DNA of 64,000 bases from the human T2T-CHM13v2.0 reference genome, Homo sapiens: assembly GCF_009914755.1 (NCBI RefSeq), contig NC_060938.1; one strand, given 5' to 3'. Positions 24,691-39,659 of the stretch are shown here, in pieces. The notes under the pieces were generated by a model. The model was not told where the DNA came from and did not search any database. It saw only the letters and a list, made by a program, of their open reading frames with translations. How positions within the stretch are numbered: position 1 is the first letter of the stretch; each line of letters opens with the position of its first letter. A program made the translations under genes and the position numbers.

Positions 24691-27578
24691 TTGCATAAAG
24701 TTATCCATTGCTCATCCTAATTTTCTTCCTAACTAAAAGGGACATCTGTTTTTGCAATGGCTCTAGTAGAATACTACATTTCCCAAGCTTCCTAATATCT
24801 AGGGGTGGCCGTGGGACCTAGTCAATGAGACATAAGTTTAATTGTACTGATTATTCCTAAAAAAAAGTTTTGGTATCCTAAGAACTGCTCTTCCTTCTTC
24901 TGCATTCTTCCTTACTGCGTGGGCTTGGTCACAATTTCTGGAACTATAGAGGTCATCTTGCACTCATCAGGGAAAGGCCAGAAGAATTGCTAGGACTTCC
25001 AATCTGACATTTTTAAACCCCTGAACAAGTGACGACAATCACTTTTACTTTTTTTTTCTGTAATTAATGGAAGGGAAACAAACCTAATTGATACATTCAG
25101 CCAAACACAATCATCAGCAGTGATGATGCAAAAATGTAGCAAAGACATAGAAAGCACCTATTTTCCCCTTGAAAAAGTGAAAATTCTTGAGTTTCACTGA
25201 TTTTGCTAATTTAGATCCCATACCAACACTTTATTCAATTAGTTTGGCCAGAGAGTCGCTGTGTGCTAGTTGGCTTAGGCCAGTAGGGCCCTCCCTGGGA
25301 GCTGGGGTCAATCCCATTAACCCCACTTGTTTGCAGCTCCATGGGAAGAAGTGCTAAGAAGAAAAAAGGAGATGTTTGGATGTGAAATAGGTGAGTAACA
25401 TGTCCACTTCATCCCTATTGTGAATATGTCATTAAAATTTACTACTCTTATTCCACTTTCATGGTCACTGAACAATCTGCTGGTTGGATTTGACTTCTCA
25501 TGTAATTTATAAGAGGGATATGAACTAATCAACTAATACTAGCATTGTGATCTGATTGCTGGTTTAGTTAATACATTTACATAGACGATTTTATGAATCA
25601 GCATCTCTGTCTGAGCTTAGTTAATGTAAGTACTCCACCCCCACCTCCAAGAGATCTGCTCTGCCTGTGATGACAAGCCAGGTCTTGAGTCTGTAAGGAT
25701 GTTCAGGGCCAGATCCCAGAACAGGGAATTCTCCAGGTAAATGGCATCCTGCCCACTCACTGCCTGGGGAACTGCCTTTGCTGTACTTTTTAGCTTCTCC
25801 TTGAACCCTTGAAACTGTTGTAGATGTCATGAGTGTTATTTTTCTTCATGTAAGATTTCAGCAGTAGCATGTGCCCTGTCTCCAGGAGTACCAAAGATAC
25901 CATGCAGGGTGGGACAGAGCCAGTTCCCATCTTCCTGGAGTCAACATGATTCTAGAACCTTCACCACTATAGATTGTCATCACTTCGATTCCATTTAAGA
26001 GTGCTGTGGCAGATGTAACTAGAATGATACCAATTGCAGAAATGCAGGGTGAGCTTGCAAAACAAAAAGTCATTGATTCTGTAACCCATAGGCTACCAAG
26101 TGTCATGCAAAACATCTGGGGTATAGTTAACTTGCCAATATTTATTGAGTACAATAAGATGTACATCTGACTAATAGAGATGTTATTAGTAATACTCAAT
26201 AGGATAAAGAGAGTTCTGGATGGGAAGATAGAAGCTACACTGCTAAGTGCTAATTTTCTTTACTATGGATGCCTCCATGAGCAAATCACTTCAATTGAAC
26301 GGCCTTCAAGTTTTTCACCTCCAAAACTGAATACTGTACTCACAATAGTTAAATATTTCCTGAGCAGTTTTATTTATCTCATTAATTTACTTTAAAAGGC
26401 CTTTCTTCGTATCACAAACTCCAACTGGATTGTGGTTTCTGAGCAAATTATAACAAATTTTGTGTTTGTGGAATCCAAATTAATGAGATTTAACTGCATG
26501 CTAATTAAAACGCCTTAGAATTCTGCAAAGACTTTCCCTTCAAGAGTTCAAATTTGTTGATGAAATTTTCTCGTTAGACTTCACAATGAGTGTGGAAAAC
26601 AAATGATCAGTCTATAAGCCCTAAAAAAAGAAAAACTTTAAGATATTCTTCCCAGGTTTTAATAACACAACCTGGCAGCAATGGAACAACCTCACAAACC
26701 TGGCCTTAAGGTTATCTTGCAGGTTAACTCCCTCTCTTAAAGAGATTCTTGTAATGATTTAAAACCAAATGGCGACGTAGCATTGAGGTTCAATTAGCGG
26801 ATTCCTTAGTTGGGTCTTGATCACATCTCTGATTGTCACCTCTAATAGGGCGTATTAAAATTTCCATTCATTATAGTCATTAGTCTCTGCCAGTGATAAG
26901 GTTGTGAACAAATCTGTTGGTGTTCAACTTCTAATTTGTGTGATAATTTGTTTATGCTTAGAACACTTACTGGTTGTGGATGGAGGGGGTGTGACCCATT
27001 TAGAAACTATTCATGTAGATAAATCTGGAAAGTTTGCCTGGAATGGCTAAGGCATGGTGATGCCACCTAGTCTAGTAATAGACAAGGGCCACTTAGAAGG
27101 TCAGATGAGTCTTATTCCAGAGTCAGGAAGAGAAGTGGTTTACCCAGAGATGCAATGGGGTTGCTTCAAATGATCCAGAAGGGGGTTTTTGCATGGAAAG
27201 AAAGGTTCCATTCGGTCATTGTTACTCTACAAATGGGGAGAAAAGCACCTGCATCAGAATCATCTGAGAAGCTTATTATAAAGGTAAGCTCTTGGGCTAC
27301 ACTCCAGACCTCTGGGGCTAGGGCCCTGGAATCTGTGTGGTTAGTAAGCACCCCAGATTACGCCTAGGCGTGCTGAAATTGAGAACCACTGCAGGAGACA
27401 CCTGAGAGCAGAGACACAGAAACAAATTAGGTATAGCAAAGACATCAAAACATTTTGTAGTAAAGTATTGAGAAACCATTCAACTTGCATTTATCATTGG
27501 GATTTTTGCCGTCAACAGCTGAAATACAATATTTAAGAGGAAGAAAATTTCAAATTTGCAACAAGCCATAAGAAATGG

Positions 27579-27880
27579 GGCTTGGCAAAGTGTCTTACTC
27601 CTGTAATCCCAACACGTTGGGAGGCCAAGGTGGGCAGATTGCTTGAGCTCAGGAGTTCAAAACCAGCCTGGGCAACATGGTGAAACCCCATCTCTACAAA
27701 AAAGTGCAAAAATTAGCCAGGTGTGGTGGCATGCACCCAGTCTCAGCTACTCAAGAGGTTGAGGTGGGAGGATGGCTTGAGCCCTGGAGGGAGAGGTTCT
27801 CGTGGGCAAGATGGTGCTGTTGCACTCCAGCCTGGGTGACACAGCCAGACCCTATCTCAAAAAAAAGAAGAAGAAGAAAA
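27579..27880 (+). mobile_element. AluJ
   Basis: Diverged dimer with A/GAA tail; TSD AAGAAATGG. Confidence 0.9.
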
Positions 27881-28760
27881 AGAAATGGTTTGGGTGTGGG
27901 TTTTTTTTTTATATACTTTAGAGGCTTTCAGGTTTTTTCTTGCTCTGTGTGGTCTTATTGAGTTATTTGTGTTTGAGTTTGGTACATAAAATAATTTTAG
28001 TACTTCTTATTATATATACAAGAATCATGGATATGCTCAACTTTATGTCTCCTATGCCTGAAAAGTTGTGCACCAATAACTCATAAGTTTTTTTAGGACA
28101 CTGTACACTTTGTGAATCTGATGAAAGGCGTGGAACTTGATTCCCACAAATGTGTGTGCATCAGTATATAAAGCATTACATTTAATCTCTGGGGACTTAG
28201 AGATCAGTGCTCTCTCTGGACTCTACATCAAGAGCCTCTGACCTGAGCCTAAACCACCCAGCCTGCTGCTTCACAAAGTCAAGTAGCTCCACCTATGACT
28301 CAGCCATAGCAAGCAGGGAAAGGCCATGGTTTGTGTGGGAAAAATGGATGAAAGCAAAACTGAGGAATTCAGCAGTCCTCGAGGCCTCGACTCACACCTT
28401 TAAATCTGTTGGAATTGCCACAAAAATATTTGTTTTCCTACAAGAATATTAGAGATTTACCCATCTTGAGTGGCAAGCCTAGATGCCCCATTCACTCATC
28501 AAGGCCTGATGCCATATTTAGCAAAAGAGCCATAACTGAAGGTGCGTTTGATGAATTTAATAGGATTATGTCTTACTAATGACATTAGGCTCCTGGGTTG
28601 GGCTTAGCCTTTATATTTACGTTTTATCACTGCAAATGAAGATGATATTCTCTGGCATATGAGTTTTGCAACCTCAGGGTTAGTCTTGTGATATGTGAAG
28701 TGGCCCTTGGCTTGTTTTGGGCCCATTATAAATTAGATTTTTAAAAAAACATTCACTGTG

Positions 28761-29069
28761 TTTATTTTTTATTTTATTTTTGAGACAGGGCCTCATGCTG
28801 TCACCCAGGCAAGAGTGCAGTGATGCAATCACAGCCCTCTGCAGACTCAACTTCCCTGGGCTCAGGTGATCCTCCTACCTCAGCCTCCTGGGTAACTGGG
28901 GCTACAGGCATGCATCACCATGCCTGGCTAATTTTTTTGGTATTAATTTTGTAGAAATGGGTTTTCATCATGTTGCCCAGGCTGGTCTTGAACTCCTGGG
29001 CTCAAGTGATCTGCCTGCCTCAGACTCCTAAAGTGTCAGGATTACAGGCATGAGCCACCACGCCCAGCC
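28761..29069 (-). mobile_element. AluJ
   Basis: Reverse dimer with J-type CTGGGCTCAAGTGATC. Confidence 0.9.
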
Positions 29070-29693
29070 AAAAACCATTCGCTTTAGGAAAAAGAAAAAT
29101 CAAACTTCCTATAATACCACCACCAAAGATACCTAACGTTAATAATATAGCATGTATTCCTCTAGCAAAAATTCTATGCTTTTTGCAAAAATAGGGTCAT
29201 ACTATATTTAGTGTAATCAAATCTGACTTCTTCACTTATATCTTAAATATCTATTTCAATAAGTTCCATCTATCATGTTCACTGGCTGCTAATATTCTCC
29301 AATATTTATGTATACTTTAAGGGTCAACTAATAGATGCTTCAGCTCATTCCATAAATGAGATTTTTCTAACATCTTTCTATGCTTATAGCCATTAACATT
29401 TGGGATTTTTGCTGCTGTTATGGTTAATTTTGGAGTCTCTGAAGAAACAGGTGCTTTGTAGCATCCAGTTTTCTTGCTTAAAAGGAAATTCCTCAGAGTT
29501 TAAGGGTGTTTAGATGTAATTTTCACTTTTCACTTTGTTCTGGAAAACTAAGAATAAATAAAAATCCAAATCTATAGCCCATGTCCACCCACTCCTTTGA
29601 AAGTAATCAACCTCAGTCTCTGAAATTTCAAAGGAAAAAACTGAAAATACCACTGAAATCATTTTTAATTAGACATTTAGCAGTTCCTAAAGC

Positions 29694-29957
29694 AAGTTAT
29701 AATTTGGCCTTCAAAAGCAGTATTTTTAAAGAAGGGAGCATTTTAATTGGTATGTTCTGGCTTAGCATATTTTCTCAGACATTAAAATTTTAAAATCTAG
29801 ATGTCATATCAAAGTATATGAGATGAAAAATATGATTTCTTCTATCTAACTAGCTAAACTGTGGCACATAACTGGACGTGTCTATATGGATGGATCTCTG
29901 GGAGAAAAGAAAAACTTTTCTATTAGCTATGGCTTGATATATCTGGGGGCCCAGAGC
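29694..29957 (+). repeat. Local direct duplication, copy 1
   Basis: Aligns with 31038-31300; about 28 substitutions and 2 small indels by hand count. Confidence 0.95.
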
Positions 29958-29989
29958 TGCCAATTTTATATCATGCATATGCTGTGTAG

Positions 29990-30135
29990 TATCTCCTACT
30001 CAAAGTGTGGTCCACGGACCAGTGGCATCAATATCAACTGGGAACTTGTCAGATAAATAGAACCATGAATCCCAGCCCACATATCCTGAATCGGAATCTT
30101 CATTTTAACAAGATCCCCGGGTGATTCTTATACAC
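29990..30135. mobile_element. MER5-family hAT MITE
   Basis: CTACTCAAAGTGTGGTCCACGGACCAG...TTTTAACAAGATCCCC. Confidence 0.75.
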
Positions 30136-30434
<299 letters not shown>

Positions 30435-30732
30435 TGAGGACACCAAACAAATCAAACCAACCAGATATATACACAACATTCATCTACTTCTCTCCACTAG
30501 ATATACGACATTTCTTTCAAAGAACTTGATTCTTGCAGGTGTTTGTAAAGTGATTTAAAATATGAAGATGTTGTATGTGCATTAATATAGGAATGTGTGT
30601 GTTCAATCAAATGGACATAAAGAGTTACATATAGTGAAACTTCTCACTTTATTTTGATAATAGGAGATTTGGTGAGCACCTTCATTCCTTCTTTTCATTT
30701 TAATATTGCATACTGTGCAGTTTTTTAAAATT

Positions 30733-30857
30733 TGTTTTAGACACAAGATCTCACCGTGTTGCCCAGGCTGGACTTGAACTACTGGGCTCCAGCAATCCTC
30801 TCCCCTCAACCTCCTGAGTAGCTGGGACTCCAGGCAAGCACCACTGCATGGGGCTTG
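30733..30857 (-). mobile_element. FLAM_A monomer
   Basis: Reverse monomer GTGTTGCCCAGGCTGGACTTGAACT... Confidence 0.75.
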
Positions 30858-31037
30858 GAACATTTTCTTAATCTGGAGACATCTAAATTAAGACTACAAT
30901 ATTAAAATGATGAAAAAATTGAATAAAGATGTTCACCAAAACCCCTAGTGTTTTGGGCAATAATGATTTTAAGGCTTTGAGGCCCCTTCCCAATGCCAGT
31001 CATTCTACAAATTGTTCATAAGCACAAGCAAAATCGT

Positions 31038-31300
31038 AAGTTGTAATTTGGCCTTCAAATACAGTATTTTTAAAGAAGGGAGCATTTTAGTTGGTATGTT
31101 CTTGTTTAGCATATTTTATTAGATGTTAAAGTTTTAGAATCTAGATGTCATATTAAAGTATATGAGATAAAGAATATGACTTCTTCTGTTTAACTAGCTA
31201 AACTGTGGCATATAACTGGATGTGTCTGTATAGAGGGACCTCTGGGAGAAAAGAAAAACTTCTATTAGCTGTGGCTTGGTATGTTTGGGGGTCCCAGAGC
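31038..31300 (+). repeat. Local direct duplication, copy 2
   Basis: Aligns with 29694-29957. Confidence 0.95.
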
Positions 31301-31537
31301 AAGCCAGATACTTGACTGGGGAGGGGGGAAGAGCAATTTATGTGCCAGTAATTACAATTATAAACACATGAATGTCCTGGGATTGGAGAACCTGTTCTGT
31401 ATGAGGGTACCAGGAGATCTTAACAGTGGAAGAACATTTAAACTGAATCTTGATGAATAAGTAGGATTCCCCAAGGGGAACCAGGAGGAACCAGCACCTC
31501 AGGTAACTGGAAGAATGAATATGAAAATACAAAAGTA

Positions 31538-31865
<328 letters not shown>

Positions 31866-32020
31866 TTACCATGTTAACAAATACGTTCATCATCTTGTTA
31901 GTAGGGACCCATTGGAGGGTTTTAATCAAGGAATGCCATTAGATTTGTATTTGAGAAAGATAATTCTGGTGGTTCAGTAGAAATAGAGCAAGGTGAGGTC
32001 AGAGGCAGGGAAATCAACTA

Positions 32021-32650
<630 letters not shown>

Positions 32651-33967
32651 TCAGTATACTCTCATGCTGATTTCTAACTAGTCATTTCTCTGACCTCCCA
32701 CCCCTCCCCTCACCCCTTGGCCCCTACCACCCTCCCACACACATACCTAATGGCTCTCCAGACCAGGTCCTGTCCCCATGCTCCCCTGATCAAGCAGATC
32801 TTGAACCTTGTGGGGAAAATCACGTCTCTGGTGGTCACTGGATGCCTGGTGTCCATCCTGACCCTCTAAAGCTAGGGCTTCCCATTGTGGGCTGGTACTC
32901 CCTACATGTACCCTCCATGTCCTCTTGTAGGGACCCCAGCTTCAGCAGTGCTCTTTACCATGTTGTTAAATATATGGCAGGTTGGGGTTTGATTCTGGCC
33001 ACAGCTCTCCCCAGATAACTGACAGAGTCATTTAGGGCCTTTGTCCCACATTTCTGGGAAATTTGTTTCTATAATAGTTAGGACTTTGGTATGCTAGTGA
33101 CAGATGCACAGATCAAATTAACTTAAGAAACATAAATGTACTGGCTTACTGAGTTGGGAAGTCCAGGGATAAAGCTCCCTTCGGAGATTCTGGGACTCAA
33201 ACAATATGATCAAGATTCTCTCTCCCTTGCACTTTTGCTGATTTGTTGACCTCATGCTCTTCATGGTGTGGTTTATATGGCCATTGGCAGATCTGGAGAT
33301 ACATCCTTATATCTCAGAGTGACACATGAGGCATAAGACTGGCTTCTCCACAATCAGTGCAAAACCCTACTGGAGAAGGGCTCTGTTTGGCCTCATTTAC
33401 ATCCTGTGCCAATCCTGTGGGCCAATCACTTGTGCAGGGCGATGTAGTGTATTTTGGATGAATCAACCAATGACTCAGCCTGAGCTCCTTATCATCTGAT
33501 AGACTTGGAATTGGGGTATCAAATTGTCTGGCTTAGTAGAACCAGATGGAAAGGGAAGAAAGAGTTTTTCAAAGGAGGAGATATTGACGGGATGGGCTAG
33601 GCAGAACAACTAATGTCCATTTTAGTTATTCCTGGATCTAGCGTCTTCTCCTGTGGTGAGGAGAGAGGAATGTCACATGGCACCTATGGTTGTCTCTTGG
33701 GAGTTATGGTCAGTGTTGACAGAAGAAGGCAAGGATGGCTGTAAGCACCAAGATGTTTATATGTATGAGGTTGGAATTTAGAGGTGTTCAGAACTAATAG
33801 CCTTAATTGTCTTTGTGAAATTGAAAACAAAAGCACTTGTGAAAAGACAGGAAGGCAGGGTGGGGAGCTTAAAAAGCTAGTTGAGGGTTTGAAGGATGAG
33901 AGAGAGATCACAAGGACAGTGTAGAGGACTGCTAAGAGATATTGAGGATCCAACTAAGATTGGAAAC

Positions 33968-34378
33968 TGTAGCACTCAGGATTCTCCAGAGACACAGTAG
34001 GATGGATATATATGCGTACGTACACACACACAGAAATTTATTTCAAGGAATTGGCTTATGCAACTGTGGGGGTTGCACATCTGAAATCTCTAGGACAGGA
34101 CTGCAGGCTGGAAACTCTCAGGCAGGAGCTGATGCTGCAGTCTCGAGGCAGGATTTCTTCTTCCTCGGGGAAACCTCAATTTTGCTTTTAAGGCCTTCCA
34201 GGTGAAGAGATGAGGCCCACCTGCATGATCAAGGGTTATCTCCTTTACTGACAGTCAGCTGATTGTAGCTGCTAACCACATCAATCAAATACTTCCACAG
34301 CAACACCTAAATTAGTGTTTGGTGGGATAACTGGGTACCGTAGCCTTGCCAAGTTAACACATACATTGGAGTGTCACA
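33968..34378 (-). mobile_element. MLT2D-like ERVL solo LTR
   Basis: CAGGATTCTCCAGAGA...AAGGAATTGGCTTATGC...GCCAAGTTAACACAT...CACA. Confidence 0.8.
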
Positions 34379-34824
34379 GAGGCCTAAACTCTGTGAGCCA
34401 GTCTGCATGACACTAGATGATCTATTTTTCCTCTTCAGTTCCACAGAGATAAATACCTAGCAAATAGAAGCCAAGAGAGTGGATTGTTAAACTGATTGAT
34501 GATTGGAGGAATCTTCAGGCTGGGGTCACTGGAGTCTCAAGGGGAGATCTTGACGTTGCTGTCGAGAGAATGGTGGACAAAGTCCCTCAGGGTTGTGGCT
34601 GGACTGAGAAGTTAGTTCCCCAAGCGTAAAGTGACAAGAACACCAACCCCACCAGTTAAAATGAATAATGCATGAATAATACTTATGTTGGGCACTGAAC
34701 TAAGTATCACATTAATTTTAAATTATTATCATTGTTACGATTTCATTTAATTGTCAAGGAACTGACACTACATAAAGTCAGAGTGGATTTAGTGGGAGTA
34801 AGAGGGTGAGCTAAATGTGGTATA

Positions 34825-35530
34825 TTGGAGTTTATTTATTTACTCAACCACCAGTTATTTAATAAGCATTGATTATGAGCCAGGAACTGTTTTAGGTGCT
34901 AGAGATACAGTGGCAAACAGAACAGACAAAGTCTCTGCCTTCATGGGGCTTAATTCTGTTGGTGGGAGGAGGTATCTGCTAATAAGCAGACAACTTCAGC
35001 AAGCAACACTAGCCCCAGGTCCAGTGGTAAGCGTGTTATGAAGAATAGTAAAGCCAAGTTAGGCAATAGAGAGTGATGGGGCCAGACAGGGCTGGGGTAG
35101 GATGCTAGACTTATAAGAGAAACCCTTTCGGATAAAGTGACATTTAAACAGGACCCCGAAGGCATGAAGGGAGAGCGTGGGCTATGAATATATAGGGAAG
35201 AGCGTGTTCGAGAGAAAGAACATGGTGTGTGCAAAGGTGCTCAGAGGCTGGAGGCTGCTTCTCCCTGTAAGTGAGGAGGAGAGGGGTGGGGGATGAACTG
35301 GGATAGGTTGCAACAAGGAGCTATGTTGGGTGTGGTGGGTCATTATAAGTTCTCTGGAGTTCATGCTGAGTGAGGTGGCAAGACAGTGGAGAGTTTTGAA
35401 CACAGAAGTGACAAGGTTCTTCTCTAAGGGCCGTTTTGGAGGCCGTATGAGGCTGTATGAAGGGATACTGGGAGGACAAGGATAGAAGAAGGAGACCAGT
35501 GGGAAACTGTTACCGTAATCCAGGCAAGAA
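34825..35530 (-). mobile_element. L2a 3' portion
   Basis: Reverse L2 tail (ATTTATTTACTCAA...GCCAGGAACTGTTTTAGGTGCTAGAGATACAG...). Confidence 0.75.
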
Positions 35531-38500
35531 GAATTTGTGGTCTGAAAGCCATGCTAGGTATGAGCATGACCAGGACCATGCCACGGGTATGCATTGCTGA
35601 AGCAGCCTGCCAGCGAAGACCAAGATGGCCCAGGACCCTAGAGCAGCATGTCTGGAGGGGTCTGCTGTGTTGACATGGAACTTCTTCAAGATGGAGACAG
35701 GATGGGTGGGCATGGGGAGAAGAACTCTGACCCAGATTCTGAAGTCCTCCAGGAGAGGGAAGATGGTGGAGGAAAGCAGCAACGGGGTAGAAAGAGGAGC
35801 ATTAGCTGTATGCAGGCAGGTGCTTGAGGCTCCTGCCTCTGGGTCTTTGCATGCACTTCTTTCTTTTCTGAAACATTCTCTTCCTAATATCCACGTAACT
35901 CAGTCTCTTCCTTCCCACCTCAGATCTTTATTTAAATAGATTGGAAGACTGCTGTCAGGACATAGTTTATGTAAGAATGAAGATAACTCTCTTGCCTCCA
36001 TCCTTATGTCACCTGGCATGGGGTGGCATGAGCAGCCACTGCCTGGAAGGTCTACTTGGAAGTGGTGTCCTCAATGGAGAGGCGGATCTGGCTTGAGGCT
36101 GGGAGGTGAGGGGACTCTCCTGTGAAAGGGGTAGGAATGCTGGGGACCTTATTGACCATGGGCTAGGGGTTTCAGCAGGCACCGTGGGGAGTGTCTTTAG
36201 GGAAGTCAGGAAAGGAGGGTAGAATCAATGGGGATGAAGTAATGAGAGGACCAGAGGGAACAGGTGCTGGGATGGGAGCTGAGGATGCCAGAACATGGGA
36301 TTGACTGCCCTGGGAGGGCCTGGCAAGCCTGAGGCTGGCGTGCATGCAGCCTGTACGCTTCCTGGGGCACCAAGCAGAGCATGGGTGGCCACAGGAGACG
36401 TAAGGGAGCGTTGTCTGAGGGGATGTGAGGAATGACCAGGTGCTACCCACCTACAGAGCTCTCAGGATGCTTAACTCCTGAAGAAGCTGTAGCCTGGAAT
36501 GGCTTGTAGACCTGAATGTATGCCAGGTGTGACTGGCAGAGAGGGAGCAGGCCCCAGAAGGTCCTTGTTCATCCTAGTCAGGTCCTTCATCCTGTCCCAC
36601 TTCAGGGCCCAAAGTGCTCTGATTCTAATGCCAGCCTCTTTGGCCTTGCATTTGTAGAGAAGCGAGTTCCCTATCATTGGAGGTATCTAAGCAATGAAGT
36701 GGACAGCCACTTAGAAGGAGTGTGCAGGATGGAGGCTTGGGTATTTCTTGGGGGCTGGACTCGAAGACCTTTATTTTCCACTTGGCCTGGAGCATCTGTG
36801 AGTCCTTGTCAAATACTGCCTGGCACTTACCTCCATCGGGACACAGTGCAGGCATGGCTCAAGTGGGTAAATTGTTTATGGAATGCAAACCTCGTGGGAC
36901 TTATAGATGGCTTATCAATGTGGAAACTGTATTAAAAATAAGTTGAGATCAGCACCTTCCACAGCCTCTGCATATGAAATGTCACTTACATTTAAACCCA
37001 CATCAAAGGTTCTGGGTTGATTCTTTGTATACTTGTTAGTAGTCCAATGCTTAGGACACCATTTTCAGGTAGCTGTTTTTTAGTGTGTGTTTGGCAGGGC
37101 TGGTTCTATACAAACGTTCACAGTGAGCAGAGGGACAGCATGATGTCTCCTGCCATGGTTTCACAATTAGCTAGAAGAGAGAGGGTTGCAGGCTCACTGG
37201 GCCAGACCGGACGCTAGAGGCTGTATTCAGTAGGTGGGGCAGTGGCATGGACCTCTCTGCCCATGATGTGGACATCCTGGCAGATGGGCTGTTTCGAGAG
37301 CAAGCCATGGCTTCAAGACCTTGGCTGTTTGTGGTGATGGGGTGAAGGACCGAATAGTTAGAGTTCGTACTGAGTGTCTGTGGTGCAGGGAGATTCTAAT
37401 CACATCATTTGGGGGTAGCGGCTGTGCTTAGCACTGGTTAAGGGAACGAACGGGCATAGTTGTGCTATGCTTGTGAGTATGCTCACTTCCTGGAGATGGG
37501 GAGAGTCAAATTCTTAGAGTGTTGTGTGGCTTATATATTTTATTAAGCACCTGTGTTCTAAGTCCGATAAGCACTTTGCGTACACTGCCTTTAATTTTCC
37601 GAATCATTCCGTTTTGCTTGTTGAGGAAGGCAAGCAGTTAAGACAGGCTCATCTCTTGACATGACCCCACATAGTGACTGTACCTCAGAGGGGTAACCAT
37701 TTTCTGAGAGCTGGGTCCCAACTGTGTTAGGGTCAAAATTCTGATTTGCATAACCAGAGGTGAATGAAGACCTGGGAAACTGACACATACTATCTTGACT
37801 CATAAGAGACTGATGTATAAAAACAGAAATGATGCCAGCTGCTTATTTTGTGAGAAGAAAAAAAAAACAATCCTGTGAACCAGATACATATGTTCTCTCA
37901 TCAGTGCATTCAATATGAAGGCAAATTTATATGAGGACATAAATTAAGATCAGAAGGTTGCTTATCAGCATGAAACAGTGTAGGCTGAGTGAGGATAGGA
38001 CACCTTACTGACAGGGTTACAGAGCTGTGATCGTCTTGGCTCCAGTGCCACCCTGCCTGCTGTAGGGCTGGATGGTAAGGTTACCTCACAGTGACAGGGA
38101 CACCACCACCAGTCCCAGCCGCTCTCAGTCTCTGCTTGCAGTGCCTCTAACACTGATCATCATCAGCCCATTGGGCTGATTCATCCTTTCTTTAGACATT
38201 TTCCTCATGGACCCTCAGTAAGTTGTCATCTTCCTTTGAGAGCAAGTTTTCTCTTTGTGGTATCTTTGCATCTCACCACTTTATTTCGTTATTTTTGTTT
38301 TGTGGCTATAAGCTCTACAGAGAAGTTGTATTGTTCCATTTCCAAATTTGTGGGAAAGGGGAAGAAAAGAGGAGAGGCACCATATTGTCAGCCTGATTTC
38401 CCACCTCAGAGAAGATATTCTTGTCCTCGTTTTACAATTGAGTCGACTAGATGGCATGGCTTTTTTTCCTAGCTCCCATTGCCATCTGACGTGGTATTTA

Positions 38501-39659
38501 TTTAGTTGTTTGTTTATTGTCTATTTCTCCTGTTAGAATGTAAACTTGGGGACAGCAGGTCTTTGCCATATTCTTGGCATCTGGAACGGTAAGTGGCCTG
38601 AGGTAGGTGTGGGCAGGTAGGAGTATGCGTGGATTGAAGAAGGATGAGGCAGGCCCTCAATCCCAGTCTCTCCCACACCCCACCTTCAGTTTGGTGAGGT
38701 GACAGAAGGGAGGAAAATATGAGAAGATCTGAGCCAAAATGAAAATCAGACAAAAACTCAGGGCATGTTCTGGGGGTCCTTGTGTCCCTACATCGTCTTA
38801 AAGAACCAGCCTGGGACAGTGGGGACTGGAGCTGGTGACACACAAGGACCCAAGAATATGGAAGGCCTTTCTCTGGCATAATTGAAATAAACTTTAATGA
38901 ACAATTTGTCCTGTTTTAAATATCTTTATAGATAATATCTGGAGCTGGACAAATCATGTATAATCTACTTCCTTTATCATTCTTATTTCAATTATATCCA
39001 TCTACAATGTCTCAGCCAAAGGGAACACCATTTACCTGGTAGCAGCCACCTGAATTTTAGGCATTGATATCTAAGAGAAAATAAGTTGCTCAATGGTTGC
39101 TCCTTTGTAACGCCAAACCTAGGACTTGACTATATGGTTCTGATACAGTCCAACAACGTGCTAGTTGATAACAGCTTGTAGATGGATATATATGTATTCT
39201 GCATATTTTGTTTGGTGAATAACCCACAACATTCTAACTCAGGTGTCCAGTACTGCTTATCAAATAAGGCTTTAACATAGAAATACATAAATTCTAGAAA
39301 TTGTCTTGCATTTATTGTATTAGAAAGTGAAATTGGTTTCTTTAAATCTTTGTAAGGGCTATTAACATAATATCTTGTTCCAAATCAAATAGAGCTACTT
39401 ACTACTAAAGACTTTTGTACTTTCTTCAATAATTAAAGCAAGCAAGATTTGTAGACAATGCAATTTTCATGATGCATTGAAAAATGTATTCTTACAGCAG
39501 CTGTGTTTATCACACACTTTCATTTTCTTAATATCTTAAAATTGCTTGGCAAAATGAAAGGGAAGGAGGGTGGTCAGGGATGTTTCCAACATTCTATTAG
39601 GATCATTTTCACACAAACAGAAAATCTGAAGTAATTGTTCAGTGGGTCCCCTGCACCCA

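Noticed and set aside
25861-26048. Possible plus-strand exon (TTCAG|...CAGG|GTGAGC)
   Set aside because: The pyrimidine tract is interrupted and I found no partner exons, so it is indistinguishable from chance.
26180-26240. Peptide VILNRIKRVLD resembling RTE-clade reverse transcriptase
   Set aside because: The match is too short, the flanking NYRPI and QAGF motifs are absent, and the DNA could equally be a decayed MIR head.
27360-28390. Two 12-bp palindromes (ACGCCTAGGCGT, TCGAGGCCTCGA)
   Set aside because: Several palindromes of this length are expected by chance in 64 kb.
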